Below are positions 12,001 through 24,434 of a stretch of 64,000 bases of DNA, piece by piece. The stretch is taken from assembly GCA_013239625.1 (NCBI GenBank), contig MU053823.1, positions 689,565 through 753,564 on the forward strand. Reading direction: 5' to 3'. Position 1 is the stretch's first letter, and each line of letters opens with the position of its first letter. Made by a program: the position numbers and the translations under genes. The notes under the pieces were generated by a model. That model was not told where the DNA came from. It searched no databases and saw nothing but the letters and a program-made list of their open reading frames with translations. The stretch comes from Lama guanicoe (taxonomy: Eukaryota).

Positions 12001-15000
12001 TCCCAAGGGATGAGTTGTCAGTAACTTTTACTTTGCCCTCCCTTTTCCACACTGCTGGCAAAACAGTATCACAAGTGCAGTGTTTTGTAAAATTGGTCAT
12101 AATGTCTTAGGTTAAATAATGTCTTAAATAATGTCTTAGGTTTCATTCAAATTCACTTATAACACAAATTTTAAGCATTCAGTTTTGTAATGTTTCCATG
12201 GACATTTGTATCACTAGTTCACATGTCTTTCCTGCATTCCAGTCATATATTCAAATGCATACTCGGTTACACATCTCAGACTCAACGTATCCGAAACTGA
12301 ACTCCCAGTCTTTCTTCCCAGACATGTTCTACCTGTAGCCTTCCTCATCTCAATTATCGGCAACTGCTCTGTTCAAGGTAGAAACCTTGGAGTCATCCTT
12401 GACTTAATCTCTGATTTCTCTCTCTCTTCTGCCTCACATCCAATCTGTTAGAAAATCCTGCTGCCTTTACTTTAAATATATCCACAGTCCAGCCACTTCT
12501 GCTACTCTGTCTTCCTGGTCACCACCATGAGTCTCCTAGATTACTCTTAACTAATCCCCCTGCTTCAGCACATTCCTACACCCCTTCTATTCGCAGCAAA
12601 GTAATCCTTTTAAATAAAAGGGAGGTCAGGTCACACCCTGCTTCAACCTGTAAAGCCTCCTCTTTCACTCAGAGTAAAAGCCAGAGTCCTTCCAGTGGCC
12701 TCCAAGGCTCTGCGTGATCAGCTACTCCCCCACCTCATCTGTCACTTTAATCACCATGGCCTCCTTTCTTTGCACTTGCTGTTTCCTACACCTGGAATGC
12801 TTCCCCCCAGAGATCTACACGGGTAACCCTCACTTCCTTCACATTTTTGCTCACATTTCCCCCTGTAAATAAGCCTCCCCTGACCACCCTCTTGAGTGCC
12901 GCAGCCTATTCGCCTTCCCACTGCCTTCCGCATCGCCCTGTTCTGCCTCTGCATTTTCTTTTTACTTTAAATGCTTACCACTGTCTTAAATATTAATTCA
13001 CTTATTTTTTTTTAAATTATCTATCCTCTGTTAGAATGTAAGCTTCATGAGGGCTTTATTTTGTTCCCTCATGTATCCCAAGCACCTGGAACAGTGCCTG
13101 CAGCTTAATGCACACTCTGTAAATACTGGTTGAATTCAGTGAAAGGTAAAATGTTCAGGGCTTTGGGAAGGCTTCTGTTACCCAGCGTATTTCATTTAGT
13201 GGACTTCGTTGTTCCTTGATCAGTAAAACACTATTATGTAAATTACCATCTGCAGTATGAAAATAGTGTCATTATGATACACTTTTAATTGCTTTCATTT
13301 GTACTTTTACATCTTTTCATTGATGCTTATTGGACTTCAGAATCCTCAAGTGGTAACATTTCTTCTCTGTGCTTTGGACTGTATGTAACGTGAGGCATCT
13401 GTGTAGAGGGGGTCGTGGGCTACTCTTTTTGATTACTTAATAGGTAGAAGGAGTAACGATCCAGAACAGGGAATTAGAAACATGGCAAATGATTATGGGT
13501 AGGTTTTTAGTGTATTAAAGATGTGGATCTGAGGCCTGAGGCTTCCCATTTTCCTACCCTAGGGCATCTGACTGGAAATTAGACCAGCCTGATTGGACTG
13601 GCCGCCTCCGAATCACTTCAAAAGGGAAGATTGCTTACATCAAACTCGAGGATAGAGTTTCAGGTAACTTGTGCTGCTGACCCTCTAACATATTAAGGTG
13701 TTGGTTTGGTGTTCCTTTCAAAGCACCTTCAAACTGGGGACTAGAGGGGAAGTACTTGTTAACTGAGTTTCAGAGTTTTGCTTCCTTTGCTCACAGAAGT
13801 CTTTTTCTTACCTGTCAGGGGAGCTCTTTGCTCAGGCACCAGTAGAACAGTATCCTGGCATTGCCGTGGAGACAGTGACAGATTCCAGCCGCTACTTTGT
13901 AATCCGGATCCAGGATGGTACTGGTAAGGATCAGGGACTTGAGTGGGATGAGCCTAAGGAAGTAGTTCAAGCATTTCAGTGAAGGCGCATCCCCATGCAT
14001 TTATGCCATTTCTGTTTACTAAATTTTCTCCCTTTTCTTTAAATTTAACTATAGTTGCTAAGGGGGAAGGATTAACATGTTGTTTATAATAGATATGAAT
14101 ACAAGTTCAGAATGTGGTATTAAAGATAGATATAAATAAATCAAAATGTATATCTAACCAAAGAATTGACACATACTGCCTGCTGATTGTTTGTGGTGAT
14201 GTTTGCTGGGACTGTCTTAAATCACCTGTGTTTATGGTGATCAGTATCTTTTCTCCATAGTCTGTGTCAGAGGTTGGCAAACTTTTTCTGTGAAGACACA
14301 GATAATAAATATTTCAGGTTTCGTGGGCCGAATGGTCGCTATTGCACCTACTCAGTTCTTTTGCTCTAGGGCAAAAGCTGCCGTGGATAACGAACGCGTG
14401 AACGCAGTGGTGTGTTTGTGCTCCAGTAAAACTTGATTGACAAAAACAAGCTGTGGCAGCGTTTGGCCCGCGGGCTGTCGGCAGTTTGCGGACCCCCGGT
14501 CTGTGAGACAGCGCGTCGCACTCACGGACTTGATCCGGCTAGGGTGACCGCTGTGTTTTCGTTGGGCAGAGTGCGCTGCTGGGTGCTTCCTGCTCTGAGG
14601 ATTCCTGTCTTTCTCACAGGGCGAAGTGCCTTCATTGGCATTGGCTTCTCAGACCGGGGCGATGCCTTCGACTTTAACGTCTCTTTGCAAGATCACTTCA
14701 AGTGAGTGACGCTGGTCCTTAGTTGCCAGGTTAAGTGTTTTGGGACTGCTGCTGCTCAGTTGAGTGGGCGCTCTCTTACCTCCTGGCTTCTTTATTTGAT
14801 AAACTAGTTCGTCACGGACATAGATCTTCCCCTCCACTGTTTTCTGGCACTGTCTTTGTACCCATCCTTTCCTTGTAGCTGGGGTGTGTTTCTGATCCCT
14901 GTGCAGCCGTTGGAGATGATGCCTTTGTTTCTTCCTCTGGAGACGGGCCCTTGCTTCTAGGGGGCAGAGGGGGGCGCGGCAGTACCGCAGGGCTGCGCGT

Positions 15001-18000
15001 GAGCTGTGTGGGGAGCTCTGTGCGTCTTGTGCCCGGGCGGCTGACGCGTCCTGTGCCCCTTGCGGCATTTCTTCAGCCCGTTTGATTTTGGCCTCCCACC
15101 TCGGGCAGGCGTGCCTCTGCGCTTCTGCCTCGGGACTTTCTGACATCGTGGAAGGCCCCCAGTTAGCGAGGGGGCAGCCTGGAAGGACCGAGGAGTTAAC
15201 GGCACCTCGGGGTCAGCCCTCAAGCGCGGGGGTGGGGACTTGTGGCTCGGTGCCCTCTTGGAGGGGCAGGTTTAACCTGCGTCTCGTGTGGTTCCTCGTG
15301 GTGTTGAGCCCGGTTGCCCTCTTTCTTGCTTTCTTTTCTCACGTTTCATGTTCCCTTTCTCTGCTTTCTGGAATCATGTTTCACATAAATTAGCTACATT
15401 CAAATTTGTCAGACCCTATTTTCAGGGAATCCCAATTAAAATAACATTCTCTTTTACTGAAGGTGGGTAAAGCAGGAATCTGAGATTTCCAAAGAGTCTC
15501 AGGAAATGGATGCTCGTCCCAAGCTGGATCTGGGCTTCAAGGAAGGCCAGACCATCAAGTTGAGTATCGGGGTGAGTGTGGTTCCCCCGCCTGTCCTTGT
15601 ATTTCCGTAAGCCGATGACTTCTCTTTTGCTTTCTCTCACTCTCCTCCTTTTTTTCCTTTGTAGAACATTACAACCAAGAAAGGAGGTGCTTCTAAGCCT
15701 AAGACTTCAGGGACCGGGGGTCTAAGCTTACTGCCGCCCCCACCAGGAGGCAGAGTCACCATTCCCCCACCGTCGTCCTCAGTTGCTATCAGCAATCATG
15801 TGACTCCACCACCCATTCCGAAATCTACTCATGGAGGTAGCGATGCAGGTGAGTCTCTCCAGGGCTTTTTAAAAACTTCACCGTTTTTCATTTTGTTTTT
15901 TGGGGGGTTGGTAATTAAGTATTTACTTATTTATCTATTTATTTATTTTTCTAACTGTTTATCTGTCTATTTAACTATTTATCTTGACTGCCTGTCTCTC
16001 TCTCTCTGTTTGTCTATGGAGGTACTGGGGATTGAACCCAGGATCTTGTCTCTACCACTGAGCTAGGCCCTCCCTCCTCTCTAGTGCTTTAACTTTGAGA
16101 AATCATATCTTGGGTTTTAATTGGGTAGCACCCATTTGCCAAGGAAAGTGTTGTGGTTTTGCTATAAATGGGCACTTTGTCCTGACAGGTGATTTTGGCA
16201 GCCTCTAGCGAGGGGTTAAAGCTTTCCTAGGGAGCCGAGAGTCGTGGTTCCTGGTGGGTTCTCTGGCAGGAATTGGGTAGTTAGTAAGAAGGCTGTGTCC
16301 TTCGTGTGCCTTGCTGAAATGCTAGGAGGCCTGAGAGTCAGGCGGACCAAGGTTGTGGTCCTGGTGCTGCTACTTTATGTCTGAATGTGTTTGGTAACAT
16401 CGTTTAAGATCTGTGAGTCTCCACGTCCTTGCCTGCAAGCAGGAGACGTAAAACCACCCCAGGACCGTGAGGGTGGAATGAGGTGACGGCACCGAGCACA
16501 GGGCTTGTGAGGCAGAAGCCATTCAGCACGTGTTGTTTCTTCATCCTTCCCATTTCTCCCCAGGGGCAGTCGAGAGGAAGTGAGACAGCATCTGATTTAC
16601 GAGAACATTTTCATTTTTCCTTACTGTCTGGTGGGATAAAAGAATAGATAAAGTTATTTCCACTTAAAGAATGCAAACCTAGGACTTGGGAGGGAATTTT
16701 CCTAAGATTAGAGAATCAAGCGTTAGAATCTAGGAGTTTTGCCTTTTATCTTTAATTAATTAACTATAATTTAATTTAATGTAACTTAAGGTTTAAATTA
16801 TATCATTAGTCATTTATAATGGATGGCTGAGAGCCAGCTTTCTCTTTCTGGAATTTTTGAGCTGTAAGTGGTTACAGTCTACTTCTTTTGTAAGTGCTGC
16901 CAGAAGGCACTGAGGAGCATATCTAAGATTTATTTATTTACATTTTTTTAATTAAACCTTTTATTTTGAGGTAATTGTAGATTCACATGCAGTTGTAAAA
17001 AAAAATAGTACAAAGAAATCCCACGTACCTTTTACCTCGTTACCCTCAGTGGGACCATTTTGCAAAACTGTGATCGAATAGCCCTGCTAGGAAACTGACA
17101 CTGATACCGTTCACTGGTCTCACTTAGATTTCGTCATCTCTGTGTATTCTCATTTGTGTGTATGTGTATTTACAGCTGACCCTCGAACAACGCAGGGTTT
17201 AGGCACACTGACCCCCACCGTGCAGTCGAAAATCTGTGTCTGACTTCACAGCTGACATCTGCAGGGTCAGCCAGCCACAGATCATGCCATACTGTACTGC
17301 GTGTTTACCGAAAAAAACCCATATATAGCGGACCCCCACAGTTCAAACCCGTGTCGTTCAAGGGTCAGCTGCTGTTCTCTGCAGTTCTGTCGTGTGTGGG
17401 TTCCTGGATCCGCCCCTGTCCCCTTGGTGAGGATGCTGAACAGCTCCACCACTGCAAGGGTCCCTGGTCACCTTTTTGTAACCATACCTCCCCAGCCCCG
17501 TCCCCCCACCCCCAGTCCCTAACCCTTGCTGCTCAGTCACTAGTCTGTTCCCCATCTCTAATTTTGTCCCTTCAGGGCTGTTCTGTAAATGAAGTCACAT
17601 GGCGCATAACCTCTGGGGTTGACTTTTTCCACAGCCTGAGTCCCTTGAGACTCTCGAGTTGTGTGTATCAGCAGCTCGCTCCCGTTGACTGCTGAGTGCT
17701 GCTCCACGCGTGGGTGTACCGCGGTGCCTTCAGTCATCCCCCGTGGAAGAATGTCTGGGGTGTTTCTAGTTCTTGGCTATTATAGATAAAGCTGCTGTGA
17801 ACATTTATGTACAGATTTTTGTGTGAATGTAAGTTTTCATTTCTAGAATTTTTGTAATGTTTCCCCTTTTCTTTTTCCTTTTCTCACCTCGTGTTCAGAT
17901 ATCCTTTTAGACTTGGATTCTCCTGCTCCCGTCACAGCACCAGCAGCAGCTCCAGTTTCCGCAAGCAGCGACCTGTGGGGGGACTTCAGCACCGCACCCA

Positions 18001-18375
18001 GGTATTAGCACAGGGGAGCCAGCCTGCTCCCAGCCACGAATGGGGTCTGCGTGCGGCCAGGTGCAATCTCTGGCGTGGGGAAGCAGAGCACTCGCAGGGC
18101 ATTTGGAGCCTTCGGTAGGAATCCTGGGTGAGGAGGTGGAGGAGCCCCGGGGCGGGGGGATCAGCAGGCTGCAGGGAGAAGCCTGATGGGTGTCTCAGGC
18201 CCAGGTGAGCAGCTGCTGTGAGGTGTAGTTTCAGGGATTCTGAACAGAGATTTCCCGCAAACCTGAAGGAACAGCGTTCCTGTCCTAATACGCCTTTGGC
18301 CTTCTCTCTGTTCTCCTGCCTTGCAGCTCTGTTCCAAGCCAGGCGCCACAGCCATCCAACTGGGTCCAGTTCTGA
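8542..18375 (+). CDS. NECAP1: NECAP endocytosis-associated 1 (adaptin ear-binding coat-associated protein 1), 8 coding exons, 275 aa
   Basis: Exons 8542-8636, 13563-13663, 13819-13923, 14620-14701, 15463-15571, 15665-15848, 17899-18001, 18327-18375. All introns are GT-AG, phases are compatible, total 828 nt. Translation [54 protein letters not shown]...[16 protein letters not shown]...DLWGDF...SNWVQF* shows the PHear domain, KEG motif and C-terminal WxxF motif. Confidence 0.98.
11916..11942 (+). mobile_element. Doubly truncated SINE fragment with target-site duplication
   Basis: CTGGGTTCAATCCCCAGTACCTCCA between perfect direct repeats TTAAAATTTTGGTGTACTTT (11896-11915, 11941-11960). Confidence 0.85.
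12200..13140 (+). mobile_element. LINE-2 3' relic
   Basis: L2 hallmarks ACCTTGGAGTCATCCTTGACT, AGAGTAAAAGCCAGAGTCCTT, TAGAATGTAAGCTTCATGAGGGC, AAATACTGGTTGAAT. Confidence 0.75.
14268..14498 (+). mobile_element. MER58A-like hAT-Charlie MITE
   Basis: Terminal inverted repeats CAGAGGTTGGCAAACT...AGTTTGCGGACCCC with near-matching 8-bp flanks GTCTGTGT / GTCTGTGA. Confidence 0.8.
15885..16075 (-). mobile_element. tRNA-derived SINE (Vic-1-like), internally deleted
   Basis: ATGGAGGTACTGGGGATTGAACCCAGGA...TCTACCACTGAGCTA. Confidence 0.8.
16950..17845 (-). mobile_element. Old LINE-1 3' end (L1MB-like) with nested Tigger-family MITE at 17173-17371
   Basis: L1 blocks (TTGTAGATTCACATGCAGTTGT, AAAGCTGCTGTGAACATT). 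MITE has ~26-bp TIRs CAGCTGACCCTCGAACAACGCAGGGTT / AACCCGTGTCGTTCAAGGGTCAGCTG, preceded by TA. Confidence 0.75.
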
Positions 18376-20020
18376 AAAGCAGCCACAGGACATTAAGGAC
18401 AGACTTGAAGAACAGAGATGACCTGAGGGCGCCAATCTGTGAGGGAAGTTAGGAACCCCTTCCCTCCCCAGAGCCAAAATTACTGGACAATCTTTGTCAC
18501 AGCTGCTCCATTGCGTTCAGGCCGGTTTGTGTCCCTCCCTTACAATCATCCTCCGCTGTACAGCCGAGAAAGCATTTCTTACCTCCTGCTCACTGTCAAG
18601 GCGGGGGAAGAGCAGGTCTTATCGCGCTTGTGGCTGACCGCAGGGCTCGGAGGGCCAGGGTCTCTTTGAGGGGGAATGACCTCTAACATCTGTAACATTC
18701 TTCTCCATCTTTAAATTCATTACCTGATTTTCAGAATCATCTCATGACCCTGTGTGCCTCTTTGTGAAGCCCTGTTTAGCGATTTCAGGGGAGACAAACA
18801 CCTTGAGACCTTCTTTTCCATTAACCCAAGACTCTAAACATGGACAGACCTCAGTGTTTACAGCCTGAGAATTTTGATAGGGGCGGGGATGAACAAAGAC
18901 CCGTTTCCTGGGTCTCTGCCGTATGGCGACCCTCAGGCTCATCCTCTTCGGGGAGCGTCCGGTGCGGGTGCAGCCCCGTTGCCCTCGTGTGCTTACATGT
19001 CTCTTCCTACGATAAGAGGGTTGTGTTTGCTGCATAGTGCACCATCTTTGATCAGCGGGGGTCTCGGATGATGGGGCTTCGAGGGTCTGTGTTTTCCCAG
19101 TTACATTCAGAGAAGCATTTACAGTCTTGCAACTCCGTCCGGCGGCTGCATTTGGAGCACGGCGTTACGTTGTAACAGCCGCATCATCTGACCTAACATT
19201 GAAGGGTTTAGGATTTTTAACCTGATTTGTAGAGCAGAGAGGTTGAAAGCACTTAACTCTTGTTCGGTACCCACATTGCCTTGCTGCCTGAGTATCTGGC
19301 CCCTTTCCATGGACGTTTATTTTTTCAGTCCACTAGCTCCTCAGTGGAAAGCTGCTATGACATGTATTGTCACTTCTGAAGGGAGCTGAAGAGCCATGGC
19401 TTTGGCTGTGATAAGTTTTACCGAAATGATGGCTTTGACACCCAGGGCATCTCAAAGGCAAGTTGCTCTCCCACCACTTTCCCTTCCCCCATCCCACCAT
19501 TCCTTTTACAGTGCTGTGAAGGAGTTCCCGTTCCTAGGTGAATGGGCACCATCTATCTTGTTTGTTAATGGGGAATTTTGAGGGTAAAATGGGAAGACAC
19601 CATTTCTTCCCTTAGCTCGTGTTTGGATGTGTACACCCTGGCTGAAGGGAGTCCTTACGTTTAGTTTCAAAATAGATTCTCTCGCTCTTGGATTTCCTTC
19701 TTGACTCTTTTTAACTTTGGGTCCATTTTTCTTTTTTCCGTTGCTTCCCGTTCCAGGCAGCTCTATTCTTACAGAGCCATGGCAGGACATTTAAAAATTC
19801 CAATAGAAAACACTAAAAGGAAAGTCTGTAGAATCACTAGTGACTAACTACTGGGAACCTATTTTCTCAGCCTTCCTCTATGTTGTGTTCTTTGTATTCT
19901 CAAGATGATAATATATTATGTATTTGAATTGCTGAAAAACTGAAAATGAAGTTTAAGATATATGTATATAAAGCGTATGCTGTATTGGTGCAATAATGGT
20001 AATTAAAAATATGAAAAAAG
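18376..20020 (+). other. NECAP1: NECAP1 3' UTR with candidate poly(A) signals
   Basis: Follows the TGA at 18373-18375. AT-rich terminal block 19780-20020, ATTAAA at 20002-20007, alternative AATAAA at 20107-20112. The true 3' end is inferred. Confidence 0.6.
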
Positions 20021-22152
20021 GTAGTGTCTCTTTGATCTTTTAATTTACCTGTTTCATTACCTTTTTTTAAGGATTTAATTGACCCGATAGAGATGGGCCA
20101 GTAGGCAATAAAAGGACATTTTGTATCTATTACTCTGTTTTAAGAAATAGAGCTTTTAAGAGGTCAGACCTCTGTGCTCATGGTTCTGGGCCCGCAGAGT
20201 GCTCCTTGTGGAGAGCACTTGTATTTATTATTCATTTGCTGGTACAGTTAATTTCATTTGCTTCAAATTATCTTCACAATCTAGGCCGCCTCTCACGTCC
20301 TACTACCCTGCTCAGCGTACATGAGGGGAACAGTGCACGAGGTGGAACTAAAGTGGGAGGCGTGGGCTTTGGAAGCCAGAAGGATCTCAGGATTCTCATT
20401 CAGTGATTGTCACGGAGATGTATCAGAACGATGTATGTTTGTTTGTTTGAATTTAAAGTACCATGTACTGCTCTCTCCAGAGTCTAACTTCCCCCTTGGC
20501 CCTCCCGGGGAAGGACTTGGATGGCTTCCCGACCCGGGACCTGAGGTTGTGAGGCACTGTCACCGACTGGAGCGTATCCTCGACCTCAGGTTTTGTTTGG
20601 TGGAAAATGCAAACAGTGATTTTCCCAGCTCAGCCCCCTCAGTGAGGCTCTGACACCTGCCTTCTTCACGGCTGTAACGTGAGCCCTTACTCCCGCTCTC
20701 GCCTCCGGCCTGATGAGCCAGATAGTCGGCTTCCTCTAGCTGCCCGATTCAGCTTGTGTGTTGCCACCAGAATAATCTCCCTGAAACCAAGCCCTGCTCA
20801 CGCCCCTTCCTCCCCCACTGATTGTCTCATGATCTTCCTTTGCTTGCAGATTAAAGTCCAAAGTACCATTTCATCCTCAACTCTCAGTTTCCCCCTTCAC
20901 TCAGTAGGCTCCAGCGCACTAGGGTGCTGGTCATTCTTCAGGTGCTGCCAGCGCCGTGGGCACTGGATGCTTGCAGTTCCCTCTGCCTAGAATGCCTTCC
21001 CTTTCTTCCCGGCTCATTGAAACTCCCCCACTCCGGGAAAGCTAGCCTAAGTGCTGCGATGCCCGCAGTCTGAGAGATGGTCTCCTTGTTTTGTGTGGGT
21101 TGCTGTTGAAATTCCCTTGCTTAGTAGTTTGTAAGCTCTTTGATACAAGGACCACGTCTTCATTTTTACCTACTCAACAATACTTCCCGTGTACCTTTCT
21201 AGATGGTAGATGCTCCTTAAATACTGGTTGAATTAACAGTGATTTCAGCGGAGAGAGACTGGAAATGAGTAAGCTGGGTGTTTTCCTTTTATTACTCAGC
21301 CTCGTTTTGGTTGTTCCTAGCTGCAGGGCGGAAGTACCCCTCATATGCTTTGTCATTGTTGCAGAAGGTCTCATTTATATACTCCAGAGTCAGTGAACAT
21401 TCGAGACCAAGAGAGGAGTGATGAAGACAAATTTTACTTTGGTCCATAGACCCTATGGCCTGAGAAAAGGAAAACGGGGCATCATGGAGCGCAGCGGCTG
21501 ATAAATTTGGTAGCTTACTATCTCACTGTGATGATCACAACTGGCTAAGATTACAGTGCACTCTGGTTATGTTTTAGTTTTTCCTTTTCTTTTTTCTTTT
21601 TTTATAGTCATTTCTGTTGCTGCCTCTTAACTGTACATGAGGAAAATACATACGGTCTGTGACTGGAGACCTCATCCTTGGGAGCTCCCCAGTAGCCACA
21701 TGCTCTTTTGAGAAGGAAAGGGAAAAGGGAGAATTACATTTACTCGCAGGTCCCCGAAGCCTGGGGAATGGGTAGGCTTCTTACGGTTTTCACAGCAACC
21801 GTGGTTGAAACCACATGGCATTTACTTCAGAATTTTGCAAGAATTGTCATTTTCAGCCCCTTTTTGAAAGTTATCAAGATACGGGGGGTGGCATGTTTTG
21901 TAAAAAGCTCTAGTATACTCGAATTGCCTACCTCTGAGTCAGGAGTAAAATTTATCCACTGAGACCTCTTGTCAAGCTAAGATTACTGTCACCCCGTAAG
22001 TTAAACACAATAATGCACTAACACCCCCTATGGATGTTTTTGCTTGCTTTTCACAGTTCTCTTTTTTCTTACTATGTGTGCTCTAGTGCTGCACCTATGA
22101 AAGGAAGAAAAGAAGGTCATTGAATCAGTTTCTGGTGCATAGCCGCATGGGA

Positions 22153-22166
22153 CCACTAGAGGGCGG
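22153..22166 (+). promoter_or_regulatory. CTCF core motif with upstream-module-like sequence
   Basis: CCACTAGAGGGCGG preceded by TGCATAGCC, within a locally CpG-retaining patch. Confidence 0.65.
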
Positions 22167-22604
22167 GCTCCCCCGCAACTCCAGCGCAGCCTAGGAAATA
22201 CCGCTCAGCTTTCCCGGCTGGAGAGGCACAAATTTTGCTCTGCCGCTTATTGGCTTTTTGACCTTGGACGACGTAACTTTCGTTTGCCTCAGATTCCTCG
22301 CATTGCAAAATGAAGATCAGAGTTTCTACTTTATAGAGTAATTGTGAGAATAAAATAAGCTGAGAAGCCCTCCTTCCCTTTCTACCTACCTATCTCTATC
22401 ACAGTATTGTGTGCTGATAACACTTTAACTTTGATTGCATACAAAAAATTTACCCTTTGTATTCCTCCTTTTGTGTTTCTTTCTTTTTTTTTTTCTTTTT
22501 GCCCATGAAGTTGATGTCGTCTGGTTCCCACCTCTCTGCCCTTTATTGTCACTTTTTTTTTTTTGCCTATAGAGTCTGTAAATCTGTTCATTATATATAT
22601 ATTT

Positions 22605-22935
22605 TGTGGGGGGAGGGGAGGAAAGAAAAGAGCAGCTTTATTGCCTTGCCTGGCAAAGGGAGTCACAGCAGGCTAATGCCTTAGAGACTGTGAGCCCATC
22701 TTAGGATTGGGGTCTTGAGAGGTTTTATAGAAAAACTGGACGGAAGAGAAAAGGTGATAACAATCAGGGCGTTTTACAGGGAGCGCCATTCATCTTAACT
22801 TCCATGGATCTTCAGGAGGAACTCCGGAGGGTCTGTCCATTCTTCTGAGATTATCAGCCTGTTTCTTCCTCCCTGGAGCAGAGCCTCTGGGTGAATGTTA
22901 TCCTCAGTAAAGACTGAATCAGAGAACAGTTTTGC
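22605..22935. mobile_element. ERV LTR fragment
   Basis: AGCAGCTTTATTGCCTTGCCTGGCAAAGGG...GGCTAATGCC resembles recalled ungulate ERV1-type LTRs. Confidence 0.45.
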
Positions 22936-23889
22936 ATCAGGGAAGTCTGTTTGTTCATTATATTTTTAACCATTACTCTCTAAAGCTTATCAAAGTAATT
23001 AGAGCAATTTAAAATTCAAATAATCCCAGAAGGTTTATAACTGAAAATTATGGAAGTCTTGATTATTATTCTTTGTGGGAGTTTAATGGAGGCATCATAA
23101 ACCAGCAATGGAAAAACAGAACAGTTTTGATTCTTCCAATAACTGATATCAACTTATCCCTCTTTTTAAGAGCAGGGTCAGAGGAAGAACAATATGGCAG
23201 TTGGTTTTCTTAGTTCTTTTCAATAAACACCAGTCTTTTCCAATAACTGGCTGTCAAGTCCAGCCTCTGGAATGCCAGCCCGAGGGCCTGTCAGGGCTGC
23301 TGATGCTGCCCCGTCTGCTTGCCTGCCACACTTCGTGGGCTTCTGCCTCTTGGGAGCACCTGGTGTCTGTGTTGTGTGCTCTCTGTGCGCGCAGTTCCGG
23401 CCCCTGCTCCGGGTTATGATGGGCCCGCACACAGCGCCCTCTCGTCTCCATTCAGTGATTCTATCTCATCCCTTCTGGATATGTTCCTTCCTCTTTAACT
23501 GAGGTGTCTCTCACAAGCTAGACCACTGACACCTCTTTTTGATCATCTCAGTGTCCTCGGTACCTCCTACCAGGAAGCATTTCTAAGTCCCTTTCTTGCT
23601 CTCCTGGAACAGGGGGTGGTAAGGGTCTCAGGGTCTGTCACTATTGCCATCTCAGCACAGGGCACTTCTCGGAGCATCAAGCCAGGAGAAACCCCACTGA
23701 GAATGGGTGCTTCGCCTTGCGTTCCAGATTTACTCAACTCTCCGAGAAACTGATTGCAGCAATAACTCTGATTGGTCCACACCTTCTTGTAGAATTTGTA
23801 GCTTCTACACTGACCCTGGGCTTGACAATGAGAAATGCTTTGACCAATGAAAGACAACCTAATGTGAAGCAAGCCCAGGTCTGAAACAT

Positions 23890-24186
23890 GCGTGTGCACT
23901 GAACTTGCCCTCTAGCTTCTCCTGGACCCCTGCTGGAGGATGGAGGCCACAGGGAGCCGACGTCCGCTGTCCCAGTTGGGGTCATCTTAGCTGCGTGCAT
24001 GTCAATCTGGCATCTGACCATAGAGACATGAGCTGAAATCAGCCACACCTGACTCAAACCAGAACTACCCAGCTGAGCACAGCCTAACTTGCCAAACTCT
24101 CAGGAATTTGAGCTAAATAAATTCCACAAATGGTGGTTGTCTTAAGCTACCAGGATTTGAGATGGTTAGCAAAAGGTAATTGATAC
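23890..24186 (+). mobile_element. MaLR (MLT1-type) LTR 3' part
   Basis: CCAGAACTACCCAGCTGAGCACAGCC...TAAATAAA...GGTTGTCTTAAGCTAC...TAATTGATAC. Confidence 0.65.
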
Positions 24187-24434
24187 TCTCACAAGTAATT
24201 CTATTTTGTAAAAAAAAAGAAGAAATGTAACAAAACAGAAACAGAGTCATAGATAGAACAAACAGGTGATCTTCAGAGAGCTGGGGTTGAAGGAGATTCA
24301 GCTTTCTTATAAATTTCTTTTTTCTTTAGGAGATTTTAGTAGGCTTATTTTTATTATTGGCCAATGAAAAGACTTAAGACACAGGTTACAGAGAAAACAA
24401 GAAGTATGAGATTGACAACCTGAGAAGGATTAGA

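Noticed and set aside
14649..15146. 165-aa antisense ORF (and the 163-aa ORF at 17986-18477) within NECAP1
   Set aside because: Low-complexity translations of GC-rich intron sequence, antisense to real exons, with no recognisable domain.
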